Assembly: GCF_006345805.1 (NCBI RefSeq)
Contig: NC_043021.1
Coordinates: 15,128,001 to 15,192,000 of the forward strand
DNA from: Octopus sinensis
Lineage: Eukaryota
Direction: 5' to 3'
DNA length: 64,000 nt
In this document: positions 1-12,357 of the stretch, piece by piece
Numbering within the stretch: position 1 is the first letter of the stretch
How the letters are laid out: the number at the start of each line of letters is the position of its first letter
Translations under genes and position numbers: made by a program
The notes under the pieces: model-generated
Databases searched by the model: none
What the model was told of the DNA's origin: nothing
What the model saw: only the letters and a program-made list of their open reading frames with translations

Positions 1-1500
1 CCTGTAATTCCTTGAGAAATTGGCACTGACTGATTTGAAGAAATGTCAAGCTTTTAGCAGTCAGGTTCTGTGAGTGCATCATCAAAGGGTTTATCTTTTA
101 ATCCTTCTTTGATTACAGGCATTAATAGCTCCCTCTTTAATTTTGGCTTGAAATTTTAGCATCAGGCCAGCAATTTGCGGGGAGGGGTGAGTCAATCCAC
201 TAGTTCTTATTTTATTAAACCCAAAAGGATGAAAGGCAAAGCTGATCTCAGCAGAATTTGAATTCAAAGCACGAAGCCTGACAAAATGCCACTAAACATT
301 TTGCCTGGTGTGCTAACGATTCTGCTTGCTCAATTCCCTCGTTAATTTTAGCAGCATTCAATTTTGGAAAATATTTTTCTGAGACACTGAAATCTTTTTG
401 AAATTCTAAACCCATATTTGTATGTAATATCTTCATTAAACCATGCTTAATGTGAAGAAATGGTCAAAAATTGTCTTCTTTGATCAACTATAAGAATTGA
501 TTGAATATTATTTCTTCCAATAACATAGGAAAACTCAGTTGGCCATTGTCTTCCATTATAATGTTCTGTAATAACACAACAGTAGAAACCATTAGTACTT
601 AGTCAATACCCCCGCTGTTGTATGTCCATTAACATAGCAGTTACTTTAAGAACTCCACAAAGATTCCACTGGTGACCATTATATTAACACGTATCTCCTT
701 GTTAATATGAAATTCTATGAAATATAGCAAATAAGTGATAGGAATAGATGGTTTTAAATTTTCATTGTGTAATAAAACAGCTTTTTAAAATTCATAGTGA
801 TGAGTCTATAAAATGTTGCCATTTGCTACCAGCAAGCCATTCAGATAAAATTTCAAAGAATCCATAAAATTATGACAATAACAGTTGACCATTCTCTGTG
901 GAACAAACTGCAAAATCAAAACTTTTGCTTTCTATCATAGTCTAGATATACTTTTTACATTTTCTTCAAGCAAGTACCTTTCTTTCAAATGATATTTTGA
1001 GAAGCAGTATGTTTGCCTTATTGTCTGAGAGTTCTAAATCCTTCGCAAGAATTCTGTAACATTTTTAAGGCGGTGAGCTGGCAGAATCGTTAGCAGGCCA
1101 GGCGAAATGTTTAGCAGTATTTTGTCTGTCTTTAAATTCTGAGTTCAAATTCTGCCAAGGTTGACTTAGCCTTTAATCCTTTCGGGGTCGCTTAAATAAG
1201 TACCAGTTACGCATTGTGGTCGATATAATCGACTTAATCCCTTTGTCTGTCCTTGTTTGCCCCGTCTATGTTTAGCCCCTTGTGGGCAATAAAGAAATAA
1301 GAATTGTGTAACATTTTTGTGAGGAGTAAAAATAGAGTCTATACTCTCTGCTGGTTTGTATTTGGAACCTGGCAGAAGTCCAGAACCACTATCAATGCAA
1401 TGCAATTACATCAATATTTTCTTCATCAGCATTGGATTTGAGATCATCTTGGGGAGGAATGGAAGAGATAAAGTCATATGGATGGGAAAGAAAAGGTCAC
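1..1500 (-). mobile_element. Decayed Chapaev3 (CMC superfamily) DNA transposon, transposase pseudogene
   Basis: Minus-strand translation gives, in order, LAKDLELSDNKANILL (~1050), FIDSSL*ILKAVLLHNENLKPSIPITY (~810-730), YNGHQWNLCGVLKVTAMLMDIQ (~680-620), LHIKHGLM (~455-433), EKYFPKLNAAKINEGI (ORF 248-436) and KDKPFDDALTEP (~100-65). These match Chapaev3 motifs (LFIDSS..SLKAVLLHN, W.ICGDLKV, LHIKLGLMK, FP.LSEAKIKEGIF). Stops, frameshifts and two SINE insertions are present. Confidence 0.85.
1067..1298 (+). mobile_element. SINE family A monomer (head AAGGCGGTGAGCTGGCAGAA) inserted in the Chapaev3 remnant
   Basis: A-box-like head and B-box-like GAGTTCAAATTC; 20-bp target site duplication aagaattctgtaacattttt (1047-1066) / aagaattgtgtaacattttt (1299-1318). 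Confidence 0.9.
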
Positions 1501-2329
1501 TTTGCAACTAAATGGTTTTAAAGTTCCATCTTAGTGTATGACACCTTGAGCAAGTCTCTTCTACAAGAGCCCTGGACTGACCAGTGCTTTCTGAGTAAAT
1601 TTGATAGATGGAAACTGCGTGGAAGCCTTAAATATACATGTGTATGAGTGCATGTGTGTATGTTCGTGTGTGTGCGTTCGTGTGTGTGTGTGTGTGTGGA
1701 ACCGAAGGAACAGGTAAAATCCAGGTGAGCACCTCAGTAGCACTTCATGTAGGTACCTGGTTAGCATAATTTTCGAAAAATGGTATAGCAAGACCAATTT
1801 CTATTATGGCATATTGAAGTTGACTAGCCTTTCATAGGCTCAGCCCATTAATCTGGCATGGGCTGGACAGTTTGACTGGAGTTGTTAAAGCCAGGGGTCA
1901 CACTAGACTCCATTGTCTGTTCTGGCATCAGCTGGATGCCCTTCCTAATGCCAACCACTCTGTAGAGTGTAGCGAGTATTTTTAACATGGCCCCTGCATG
2001 AGTGCTTTTTATGTAGCATAAGCACTGGTATCAATTCTGTTGAGTTGAGGGTGATCTGGCTGCTATTTCTAGCAAATCTTGCGACCATGTAGAGGCTCCC
2101 TCATTAGCCCTGAAGAATTAATGAGAAGTTAAGTGTTGTCTTGTGCCTTGGGGATGACCCCAAACACTTCGCTCTCTGTTCTTTACTCAGAGGAGACACT
2201 AGACACTTCTCCCTTGTTCTTCACTTATCTGGGGCAGTGGAGCAGATAAAAGAAGAGATAACAAGACTAAAGGTCTCGGGGGGGGGGGTGATGGCAAACC
2301 ATCCTGAGTTGCTACTTATCATGAGAGAG

Positions 2330-2880
2330 AGGAAGAGAGAGACTGAAAGAGAGGGGGAAGAGTAAGAGAGAAAGGCAAAGAGGTTTGAGAGAGTGAGGAG
2401 AGAGAAGGGGAAGAGGAAGAGAGAAAGGCAAAGAGGTTGAGAGTGTGAGGAGGAGAGAGAAGGGGAAGAGGAAGAGAGAAAGGCAAAGAGGTTGAGAGAG
2501 TGAGGAGAAGAGAGAAGGGGAAGAGGAAGAGAGAAAGGCAAAGAGGTTGAGAGAGTGAGGAGAGAGAAGGGGAAGAGGAAGAGAGAAAGGCAAAGAGGTT
2601 GAGAGAGTGAGGAGGAGAGAGGAGGGGAAGAGGAAGAGAGAAAGGCAAAGAGGTTGAGAGAGTGAGGAGGAGAGAGGAAAAGAGGAAGAGAGAAAGGCAA
2701 AGAGGTTGAGAGAGTAAGGAGGAGAGAGAAGGGGAAGAGGAAGAGAGAAAGGCAAAGAGGTTGAGAGAGAAGGGGAAGAGGAAGAGAGAAAGGCAAAGAG
2801 GTTGAGAGAGTGAGGAGAGAGCAGGGGAAGAGGAAGAGAGAAAGGCAAAGAGGTTGAGAGAGTGAGGAGAGAGTAGGGGA
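2330..2880 (+). repeat. Polypurine minisatellite, about 10 copies of a ~52-56 bp unit
   Basis: Unit gaggttgagagagtgaggagagagaaggggaagaggaagagagaaaggcaaa; anchor aaggcaaagagg recurs 10 times; the strand is almost entirely purine. Confidence 0.95.
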
Positions 2881-3119
2881 AGAAATACTGAGAGATTGAG
2901 AGAGAAAAATAGAAAGAGGGAAGTGTAAGCGGGAGAGTGTGGGAGAGAGAGAGTATAGTAGAGGGATAGGGAGTGGGAGAAAGGTGAGAAGAAAGACAGA
3001 AAGAGGAAACCTGGTGGGGGAGTCAGGGAGTTGGAGAGGGAGAAGGAAAAGGAAGAAGATACAAAGTAAAGAGAGAGAGAGAGAGACAAACAGACACACA
3101 CACACACACACAGATGACT

Positions 3120-4354
3120 CTTTTACTCTTTTTGCTTGTTTCAGTCATTTGAGTGCAGCCATGCTGGAGCACCGCCTTTACTTCAGCAAATCGACACCAG
3201 GACTTATTCTTTGTAAGCCTAGTAATTATTCTGTTGGTCTCTTTTGCTGAACCACTAAGTTACGGGGACGTAAACACACTACCATCAGTTGTCAAGCAAT
3301 GTTGGGGGGGGGGACAAATACAGACACACAAATATATACGCACACGCATACAAATATATATACATATATATGATGGGCTTCTTTCAGTTTCCATCTACCA
3401 AATCCACTGACAAAGCTTTGGTTGGCCCGAGGCTATAGTAGAAGACACTTGCCCAAGGTGCCACACAGTGGGACTGAACCCGGAACCACGTGGCTGGTAA
3501 GCAAGCTACTTACCACACATAGATGACAGAAAGATTGTTAGAGATGCGGAGAGATAGACAGAGTAGAGATAAAACAGAGTTTCAGAAATAAACTTCTGAT
3601 CAGGGGTAGTGTTGGCCTGCCTCATCTAGTCAGATGGGTGGCATCATTCAAAAGAACAATGCAAAAAGCATTGTGAATAGCGATGTATAACAACATCTGA
3701 CATTCTGGCTAATCACATGGTCATATATATATATATGTATGTATGTATGTATATATGTACATATATATGGTTCTGGGTTCAGTCCCACTGTGTGGAAATT
3801 TGGGCAACTGTCTTCTGCTATTGTCTTGGGCCAACCAAAGTGAGTGGATTTGGTAGATGGAAACTGAAAGAAGCTTGTCATATATATATATATATTCATA
3901 TATATTTATGCATGTTTGTCTTTGTGTCTGTGTTTGTCCCCCACCATCACTTGACAACCAATGCTGGTGTGTTTATGTCCCTGTAACTTAGTGGTTTCGC
4001 AAAAGAGGCTGATAGAATAAGTTATAGGCTTACAAAGAATAAGTCTTGGGGTCATTTTGTTCAACTAAAAACCCTTCAAGGCAGTGCTCCAGCATGGCTA
4101 CGGTCAAATGACTGTAACAAGTAAAAGAATAGAAGAATGTGTGTGTATACTACTCTTTTACACTGTAATCTTTTACTTGTTTCAGTCATTTGACTGTGGC
4201 CATGCTGGAGCACCGCCTTTAGTCGAGCAAATCGACCCTGGGACTTATTCTTTGTAAGCCCAGTACTTATTCTATCAGTCTCTTTTGTCGAACCGCTAAG
4301 TGACAGGGACATAAACACCCCAGCATCAGTTGTCAAGCAATGCTAGGAGGACAA

Positions 4355-4402
<48 letters not shown>

Positions 4403-4565
4403 GATGCGTTTCTTTCAGTTTCTGTCTACCAAATCCACTCACAAGGCATTGGTCGGCCTGGGGCTATAGCAGAAGACACTTGCCCAAGATGCCACGCAGT
4501 GGGACTGAACCCGGAACCATGTGGTTGGTAAACAAGCTACTTACCACACAGCTACCCTTGCGTCT
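3120..4565. mobile_element. Three SINE family B copies (tRNA head, CORE-like CTTGGGCAAGT, internal TA/TG microsatellite) in -,+,- orientation
   Basis: About 3120-3520 (-), 3770-4125 (+) and 4170-4565 (-) share the consensus ggcgcaggagtggctgtgtggtaag...ggttcagtcccactg...cttgggcaagtgtcttct...ctccagcatggccgcagtcaaatgactgaaacaagtaaaagag. Confidence 0.9.
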
Positions 4566-5266
4566 ATAATAAATAAATAAATTGTGATAATAGATAAATA
4601 AATATGTGTGTGTATGTGTGTATACATATGTGTGTGTGTGTACATACACACACATATATACATGATGGGGGTTTTCCACACAGTTTCTGTTTGCCAAATT
4701 CACTCACAAAGCCGTGGTCAGTCCTGAACTTGACACCAAGGTGCTGTGAAATGGAACTGAACTCAAAGCCACAGAGTAGCAAAGAAAGCTTCTTAATCAC
4801 CCAGCCATGCCCTACACCTATAAATAGTTGAAAAAAAATTTCTCATCATAGTATTATTATTTACTCTCATCACATTTCCTGATGAAGATCACCAGAAATG
4901 TTGGCATCAATATTTGGTCAGCAAATACAACAATGCAGAGTTGTCTCTGCCTTACAGTTATAAACTTATTTACTCGTTTCTAAGGTAACGTTGTCAGAGT
5001 TTTTACAAACATTGACCAGCTCCGGCTATTGATACGGTTGAAGATCAATGCTTTGCTATGATGTCAACGAGACTAAAATTAAACAATAACTAACAAATGT
5101 CTAATTGAACGACTCGCATTGAATATTTCATCTTGATACATCTGCAATAAGTAAACATTATTGATATTTGATACTGGCACAAGACCAGTAACTGGTAGAG
5201 AGGAGAGAGGAAAAACCGTCGTTTATATCGACCCCAGTACTTGTCTAGTATTGTAGTTGATGGTAT

Positions 5267-6049
5267 AAGGCGGCAAGCTGGTAGAAACGTTAGCACGCCG
5301 GGCGAAATGCTTTGCGGTATTTCGTCTGCTGTTACGTTGTGAGTTCAATTTCCGCCGAGGTCGACTTTGCCTTTCATCCTTTCGGGGTCGATAAATTAAG
5401 TACCAGTTACGCACTGGGGTCGATGTAATCGACTTAATACCTATGTCTGTCCTCGTTTGTCCCCTCTATGTTTAGCCCCTTGTGGGTAATAAAGAAATAG
5501 GTATTTCGTTTGCCACTACGTTCCGAGTTCAAATTCTGCCAAGGTTGACTTTGCCTTTCATCCTTTCGGGGTCGATAAATTAAGTACCAGTTACGCACTG
5601 GGGTCGATGTAATCGACTTAATATCTATGACTGTCCTCGTTTGTCCCCTCTATGTTTAGCCCCTTGTGGGTAATAAAGAAATAGGTATTTCGTCTGCCTC
5701 TACGTTCTGAGTTCAAATTCTGCCGAGGTCGACTTTGCCTTTCATCCTTTCGGGGTCGATAAATTAAGTACCAGTTATGCACTGGGGTCGATGTAATCGA
5801 CTTAATACCTATGTCTGTCCTCGTTTGTCCCCTCTATGTTTAGCCCCTTGTGGGTAATAAAGAAATAGGTATTTCATCTGCCGGTTCTGAGTTCAAATTC
5901 CGCCGAGGTCGACTTTGCCTTTCATCCTTTTGGGGTTGATAAATTAAGTACCAGTTACGCACTGGGGTCGATGTAATCGACTTAATACCTATGTCTGTCC
6001 TCGTTTGTCCCCTCTATGTTTAGCCCCTTGTGTGGGCAATAAAGAAATA
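5267..6049 (+). mobile_element. SINE family A concatemer: one head plus 4 tandem ~184-bp body units
   Basis: Units start ggtatttc at 5316, 5500, 5684 and 5868; flanked by ggtataa at 5262-5268 and 6050-6056. Confidence 0.92.
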
Positions 6050-6414
6050 GGTATAAAAGATGCATGGGCAAATGAGATGCACCCTAATTTCAACAGTGCA
6101 TATTCAGGAAAATACGGTTTTTGGTGCATTAGCCCTTTTGTTACTATAGGTCTGTTGAAAGTGACTGCTTTTGTTTAAATTAGTTCTGAAATTAATGATG
6201 AATTTAGTAAAATAACTGTAATTATTAAGCTGTGTTTAATGCGACGAGTTGGCGGAATTGTTAGCACATCAGGCAAATTGCTTAGTGGCATTTCATTCAT
6301 CTTTAAATTCCAGTCCACTCAGCTGCAAAAGGGGTAACACCCTGTGAACTGTGACGTCTAGCCTTCCACTCAAAATGAATGTTGGCCTGCTTGCTTAGCC
6401 AGCAGGATGGCATC

Positions 6415-6713
6415 ATTTGAAAGCTAAAATGATGACAAGTGCATCATCATCGTCGTTTAATGTCTGCCTTCCATGCTGGCATAGGTAGGACCGTTTGATA
6501 GGAGCTAACTGGTACTTTATTTTATCGACCCTGAAGGGATTAAATGTATTTTTAATTTTAGTGTGGTTTGAACATAGAATGTAAAGAGATGTAATTAGAT
6601 TCTGCAAGGCATTAAATCCGATGGAATAGGAGAGAGAGAGAGAGGTGTGTAAGTGTGACAGAGAGAGTGAAAAAGAGAGAATCAGGACAGAAATAGAGAG
6701 TGAGACAGAAAGA

Positions 6714-6761
<48 letters not shown>

Positions 6762-9587
6762 TAGGACAAAGATAGAGACAGGCAGGAGCAGAAAGAGAAA
6801 GAGAGCGTAAGAGAAAGATACACAGAGAAGAGACTGACACAGAGACAGATAGATAGAAATAGAGAGATAATCAGAGACAGACAGACAGAAAGAGAAAGAA
6901 AAGATGGAATCATAAAATACACATGAAAATTACTAAAAATATTCAACAGAAACAAAAGAAAGGAAAAACAAATAATTGTTCAATGTTATCTTCTTTCGAT
7001 TTTGCTTTTTTTAAAAATTATTTTGATTTAAAGAAAGAAACTTTATTTATTTGTTGGTTTTCTTGCTTATTTCTTTATTTGTTTCTTTAAAAATAAATAT
7101 AAAAAAACATAAAATTCAAAGTATTTCTAAAGAACTTGATAAGAGAGATTGCTGCTGCTGCTGCTGCACTTGTTCAGCCCTGAATCAACATTAACTCAGT
7201 AAACCTATAACTAAATTCAACCTGGACCTGACCATCACACCTTATTTTTAGGGGTATCCCTAACTACATTTTCCAACATGCTCTTTCCTCATTCAAGTCA
7301 GTAGCTTATGATTTGAAAGTGATTTAGCTTCTGTTTCTAGCAGCTTTAGCAACCACATAGAGACTCCCTTGTTTTCTTACTAAAAATGATACCTCAAGGC
7401 ACAGATATAAGTTCACCAAAATAGACTCAATTTTCTGATACCAAATTTAATAAAAATAAAAAAGATAGCCAAAATCATAACTCTGTAACTTATTTAAATG
7501 GTTATCATTTGATTCTCAGCAGTATGGCACAAAACCGAAATAATTACACGTAGTTATATATAATTATATATGCATAAATATATATATAGATACATATAAG
7601 TAGTTATATATAGATTTATTGAGATATAGAAGATCTCTGTTAATGGGTAAGTATATTTATAAACCTGTTCACACACACAACATATACATTTTACATTCAA
7701 CCTATATTGTGGGACATGCCCTTCATCAGCCTTAACAACAGGAGAGATCAGAACGATTTCAGAACTTTCTTCTACTGTTGTCCCCTGTATTGTGAATTGT
7801 CTCCCCTTTCTAACTCTCTTCTCTCCCAGTCTTTCTCTCCTGCTCTATTTTCATTTCCCTCTCTTTGTTTGTCTACCTGTCTCTCTGTCTTTTCTTTCTC
7901 TTCATGTGCCATGACTGTTTTACGGGTGGCAGCAATCATGGACTGTCATGCTACAGTCTGAAGGTTCAAGATTTTGGTTGGGGAATTAGATGGCAGCGGT
8001 TTCCTGTTGCTTTCTGCTGGCTTCTCAACAGTTTACACTCCTAATTTCCTGCTCTCCTGAGCTTACCCATTTAACCCTTTCATTACCGTATTTATTTAGA
8101 GATGCTCTGTTTTTCTTTCAATTATTTTAAATATAACAAAGAATTTAGTAAAATAACTTAGCTATCATTAAGCTAGTGTTAGGAATATAAATTGCAATTA
8201 AGGTTTGGTGGTATATTTTGATGCAAAACTTATGAAAACAAGACATTTGTACTACAGAGCCAGAGCCGGTTTTGGCCGGGTTAGTAATGAAAGGGTTAAC
8301 CCTTAGACAGAGAGACACACCCACACACCAATGGGATTGTGTAGCACATATCTAAGAGCCAGTCCTCATCCAAGTCTTGTATGTATATCTTAGTCACAGG
8401 ATCATCTACCATTTGGCCCATAACTTGGGCCCTTCATGTGTGCTACTGTTCTGGATTAGAGTGAAACAGAGGATATTGATGATGAAGGGGTATCCTAATA
8501 CTCATCAAAACCCCTGATCTCTTGAGTTGAAGCACACCCTGGAGGCAGTTGAATATCTTGCCCAGGAGATGTCTTTCTATCACTACTATAATGGCCCCTG
8601 TTTCTTGGAGCCAGTTGGCCCCATGCCTCCTCTACTCATACACTCCTAACCCATTCGTCTCTCCCTCTCTCATCAGCCTTGTATTTATTTCTTTACTGTC
8701 CACAAGGGGCTAAACATAACTTATTTTACTAAATCTTTTGTTATATTTAAAATTAATTCAAAGAAACCCAAAGCATCTCAACAGAAATATGGTAGCAAAA
8801 GAGTTAAGGGGAGGGAGATAGCTACACCGACCCCAGTGCTCAATTGGTATTTATTTTATCAACCCTGAAAGAATGAAAAGCAAAGCTGACCTTGGTGGAA
8901 TTTGAACTCAGAATGTAAATGCTGCTAAGTTTTTGTCTGGCATGCTCTAGCTTGTTACTTAAAATGCCAGCTTAATAATGATTTCAAATTTTGGCATAAA
9001 GCCATCAAGTTCAGGGAAATGGTTAGGTCAATTACAACAATACTAGTGCTCAACTGGTACTTATTTTATCGACCCCAAAAGAATGAAAAGCAAAGTTGAC
9101 CTCGGTGGAATTTGAACCGAGAACGTAAAGATGGATGAAATGACGTTAAGTATTTTGCCTGGCATGTTAACGGTTCTGCCAGCTTGCTGCCTTAAACACC
9201 AGCTCAATTAATCCTTTCTACTACAGGCACAAGATCTGAAATTCTGGGGGAAGTGGGGGCCAGTCAATTACATCCACTGGTACTTAATTTATTGACCCCC
9301 AAAAAGACAAAAAAGAAAGTTCACCTTAGTGGAATTTAAATCAAAATAATTTTTTAAAAAAAACAAAACCAAAAGAAGATAGTATTGAACAATTATTTGT
9401 TTTTCCTTTCTTTTGTTTCTGTTGAATATTTTTAGTAATTTTCATGTATTTTATGATTCCATCTTTTCTTTCTCTTTCTGTCTGTCTGTCTGTCTCTGAT
9501 TATCTCTCTATTTCTATCTATCTGTCTCTTTGTGTATCTTTCTCTTACTCTCTCTTTCTCTTTCTGCTGCCTGTCTCTGTCTTTGTC

Positions 9588-9621
<34 letters not shown>

Positions 9622-9930
9622 TCTTTCTGTCTCACTCTCTATTTCTGTCCTGATTCTCTCTTTTTTACTCTCTCTCTCTGTCACACTTACCCACCTCTCT
9701 CTCCTATTCCATCGGATTTAATGCCTTGCAGAATCTAATTACATCTCTTTACATTCTATGTTCAAACCACACTAAAATTAAAAATACATTTAATCCCTTC
9801 AGGGTCGATAAAATAAAGTACCAGTCAGCTCCTATCAAATGGTCCTACCTATGCCAGCATGGAAGGCAGACATTAAACGACGACGATGATGCACTTGTCA
9901 TCATTTTAGCTTTCATTTTAGCTTTCAAAT
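6415..9930. repeat. Inverted duplication of ~600 bp (6415-7032 vs 9335-9930)
   Basis: The arms are reverse complements, including unique sequence, the GA tract and SINE scraps; supplied ORFs 6413-6955(-) and 9726-9968(+) share the peptide QNLITSLYILCSNHTKIKNTFNPFRVDKIKYQ. Confidence 0.92.
8075..8295. mobile_element. piggyBac-type MITE
   Basis: TTAA at 8071-8074 and 8296-8299; perfect 12-bp TIR CCCTTTCATTAC/GTAATGAAAGGG; same family at 62816-63288, fragments at ~6130-6235 and ~8718-8806. Confidence 0.88.
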
Positions 9931-10503
9931 ATATATTAATATTTCACAGAAGCAACGGATTGACTTAAGGGCCTAGAGTTCATGTGATAATACTTAGCAA
10001 ACTTTGATAAGCCAATGCTGGCTTAGCTGGCCAAAACTTCAAAGTCACTGTCAACAATATTCTTGATTAAGAATAATAAATATCATCATCATTATCGTCA
10101 TCATCATTGTTTAACGTCCGTTTTCCCTGCTGGCATGGGTTGGACAGCTTGACTGAGGAGGGGTGGCAAGCCAGGAGGCTGCACTAAGCTCCAATCAGAT
10201 CTGGTGACGTTTCTACAGCTGGATGCCCTTCCTAGTGCCAACCACTCCGAGAGTGTAGTGGATGCTTTTTACATACATATTTTCATCTAAGTATTATCTT
10301 CCTTTCAACTTCTTCTTCCTTTCCTTTCTCATAACAGTTATGACAGCAAAAGCTGATTATATTATTTTCTCTAAACTAGAATGTATACTTTCCATGTTCA
10401 TATTCGAATTATTTTGCATTTCAATATTTTTTTTCTCTGATTTTACTCATTCTCGAATTTAATGGACATATAGCGGTATATAAGCCAATTCAAGAAATCT
10501 CTA

Positions 10504-10590
10504 ATGAGACTTTTTATTGATGTACCCGAAGAGATCCAGAACAGGTTGAAATATGTGTTGTACCCAGTAAAGTCTATTACACATTCCATC
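10504..10590 (+). mobile_element. Possible second Chapaev3 transposase scrap
   Basis: [27 protein letters not shown] loosely resembles WRLFIDSSK.SLKAVLLHNGNKYPSIPIAHS; very short. Confidence 0.35.
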
Positions 10591-10640
10591 TCCTATTTAT
10601 TGATACTATACATACATACATATGTATATATATATATATA

Positions 10641-10707
<67 letters not shown>

Positions 10708-10737
10708 GTGTATATGTATATATGTATATATATATTT

Positions 10738-11011
10738 GAGAGAAAAGTTGGACCTAAGAGGAATTAGATGTTGTGTGCAAGAGAGACGATTGCGCTGGTA
10801 TGGTCATGTGGTGAGAATGGATGAAGATAGGTGTGTGAAAAAGTGCCACACCCTGGCAGTTGAGGGGACCTGTGGAAGAGGTAGACCCAGGAAAATCTGG
10901 GTCGAGGTGGTGAAGCACGACCTTCGAACTCTAGGTCTCACCAAGGAAATGACCAGAGACCGAGACCTATGGAAGTATGCTGTGCGTGAGAAGACCCGGC
11001 AAGACCAGTGA
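10738..11011 (+). mobile_element. RTE-clade LINE, 5'-truncated 3' end
   Basis: [28 protein letters not shown]...EGTCGRGRPRKIW...RDLW is the typical C-terminus of an RTE ORF. Confidence 0.88.
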
Positions 11012-11054
11012 GAACAATCAAAATCAAATCATATATCAGAAAGCAGGGGTTAAG

Positions 11055-11775
11055 TGACCCATCCGTTCGTGTCCGCTGTCAGCCTCGTCTGGCACCCGTG
11101 CCGGTGATACGTAAAAGCACCATTCGCTCATGGCCGTTTGCCAGCTCTGCCTGGCGCCGTGTCGGTGGCACGTAAAAGCACCATCCGTTCGTGTTCGTTG
11201 CCAGCCTCGCCTGGCCCCGTGCCGGTGACACGTAAAAGCACCGTCCGTTCGTGGCCGTTTGCCAGCTCTGTCTGGCCCCATGTCGGTGGCACGTAAAAGC
11301 ACCATTCATTCGTGGCCATTTGCCAGCTCTGTCTGGCCCCGTGTTGGTGGCACGTAAAAGCACCATCCGTTCGTGTCCGTTGCCAGCCTCGGCTGGCCCC
11401 CGTGCCGGTGACACGTAAAAGCACCGTCCGTTCGTGGCCGGTTGCCAGCTCTGTCTGGCCCCGTGTCGGTGGCACGTAAAAGCACCATCCGTTCGTGTCT
11501 GTTGCCAGCATCGCCTGGCCCCGTGCCGGTGACACGTAAAAGCACCATCTGTTCGTGGCCGTTCGCCAGCTCTGTCTGGCACCTGTGCAGGTGGCACGTA
11601 AAAAACACCCACTACACTCGCGGAGTGGTTGGCGTTAGGAAGGGCATCCAGCCGTAGAAACACTGCCAGATCTGACTGGGCCTGACGAAGCCTTCCAGCT
11701 CACAGACCCCAGTTGACCCGTCCAACCCATGCTAGCATGGAAAGCGGACGCTAAACGATGATGATGATGATGATG

Positions 11776-11776
<1 letters not shown>
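11055..11776 (+). mobile_element. SINE-like family C ((GAT)n tail, AGGAAGGGCATCCAGC motif) with an internal 60-61 bp VNTR of 9 units
   Basis: Units end in (C/T)ACGTAAAAGCAC (11055-11610), followed by the family body ending in aaacgatgatgatg. Other copies at ~10100-10270(-), 13080-13260(-), 14051-14290(-), 15697-16205(+), 16230-16400(-), 21650-22050(-), 25560-26090(+). Confidence 0.85.
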
Positions 11777-11815
<39 letters not shown>

Positions 11816-11898
11816 TATATATATACATATATATATATATACATATATATATACATATATATATATATACATATATATATACATATATATATATACAC

Positions 11899-11929
<31 letters not shown>

Positions 11930-11979
11930 ATATATATATGTATGTATAGTATCAATAAATAGGAGATGGAATGTGTAAT

Positions 11980-12029
<50 letters not shown>

Positions 12030-12357
12030 CACACACACATATATGTATGAATGTATGTATATTTAAATGTGTACATGTCTGTCTATGTGTATGTGCGTAC
12101 AATTAATTTTCTTATATGCCATTAGCATGTCACATAATGAGAATTATTGTCACATGCTCCAGTTTTATTGACTGATAAAAAAATAGCGGTTGTGTAATTA
12201 GAGAAAATTAGAGGGAATTAGATGCAAAACATGTACACACATTATAGGCGCAGGAGTGGTTGTGTGGTAAGAATTTTACTTCCATGATTCCAAATTCACT
12301 CCTACGTGATTCCAGATTCAGTTCCACGCATGGTACCTTCAGCAAATGTTTTCTACT

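Noticed and set aside
2221-3111. Long ORFs of 178-296 aa rich in Leu/Ser/Phe/Pro
   Set aside because: Translations of the pyrimidine strand of a minisatellite, open in all three frames.
4879-4902. CTGATGA...GAAATGTT hammerhead-like string
   Set aside because: Neither stem II nor stem I can form.
4958-4984. 27-nt micro-exon candidate (ccttacag...AAG|GTAACG, YKLIYSFL)
   Set aside because: Splice-like signals alone are expected by chance in 64 kb.
11055-11610. CRISPR-like look (constant motif with varying intervening sequence); also the SINE A arrays
   Set aside because: The intervening parts are homologous to each other, the context is eukaryotic and no cas genes are present; these are VNTRs and SINE multimers.
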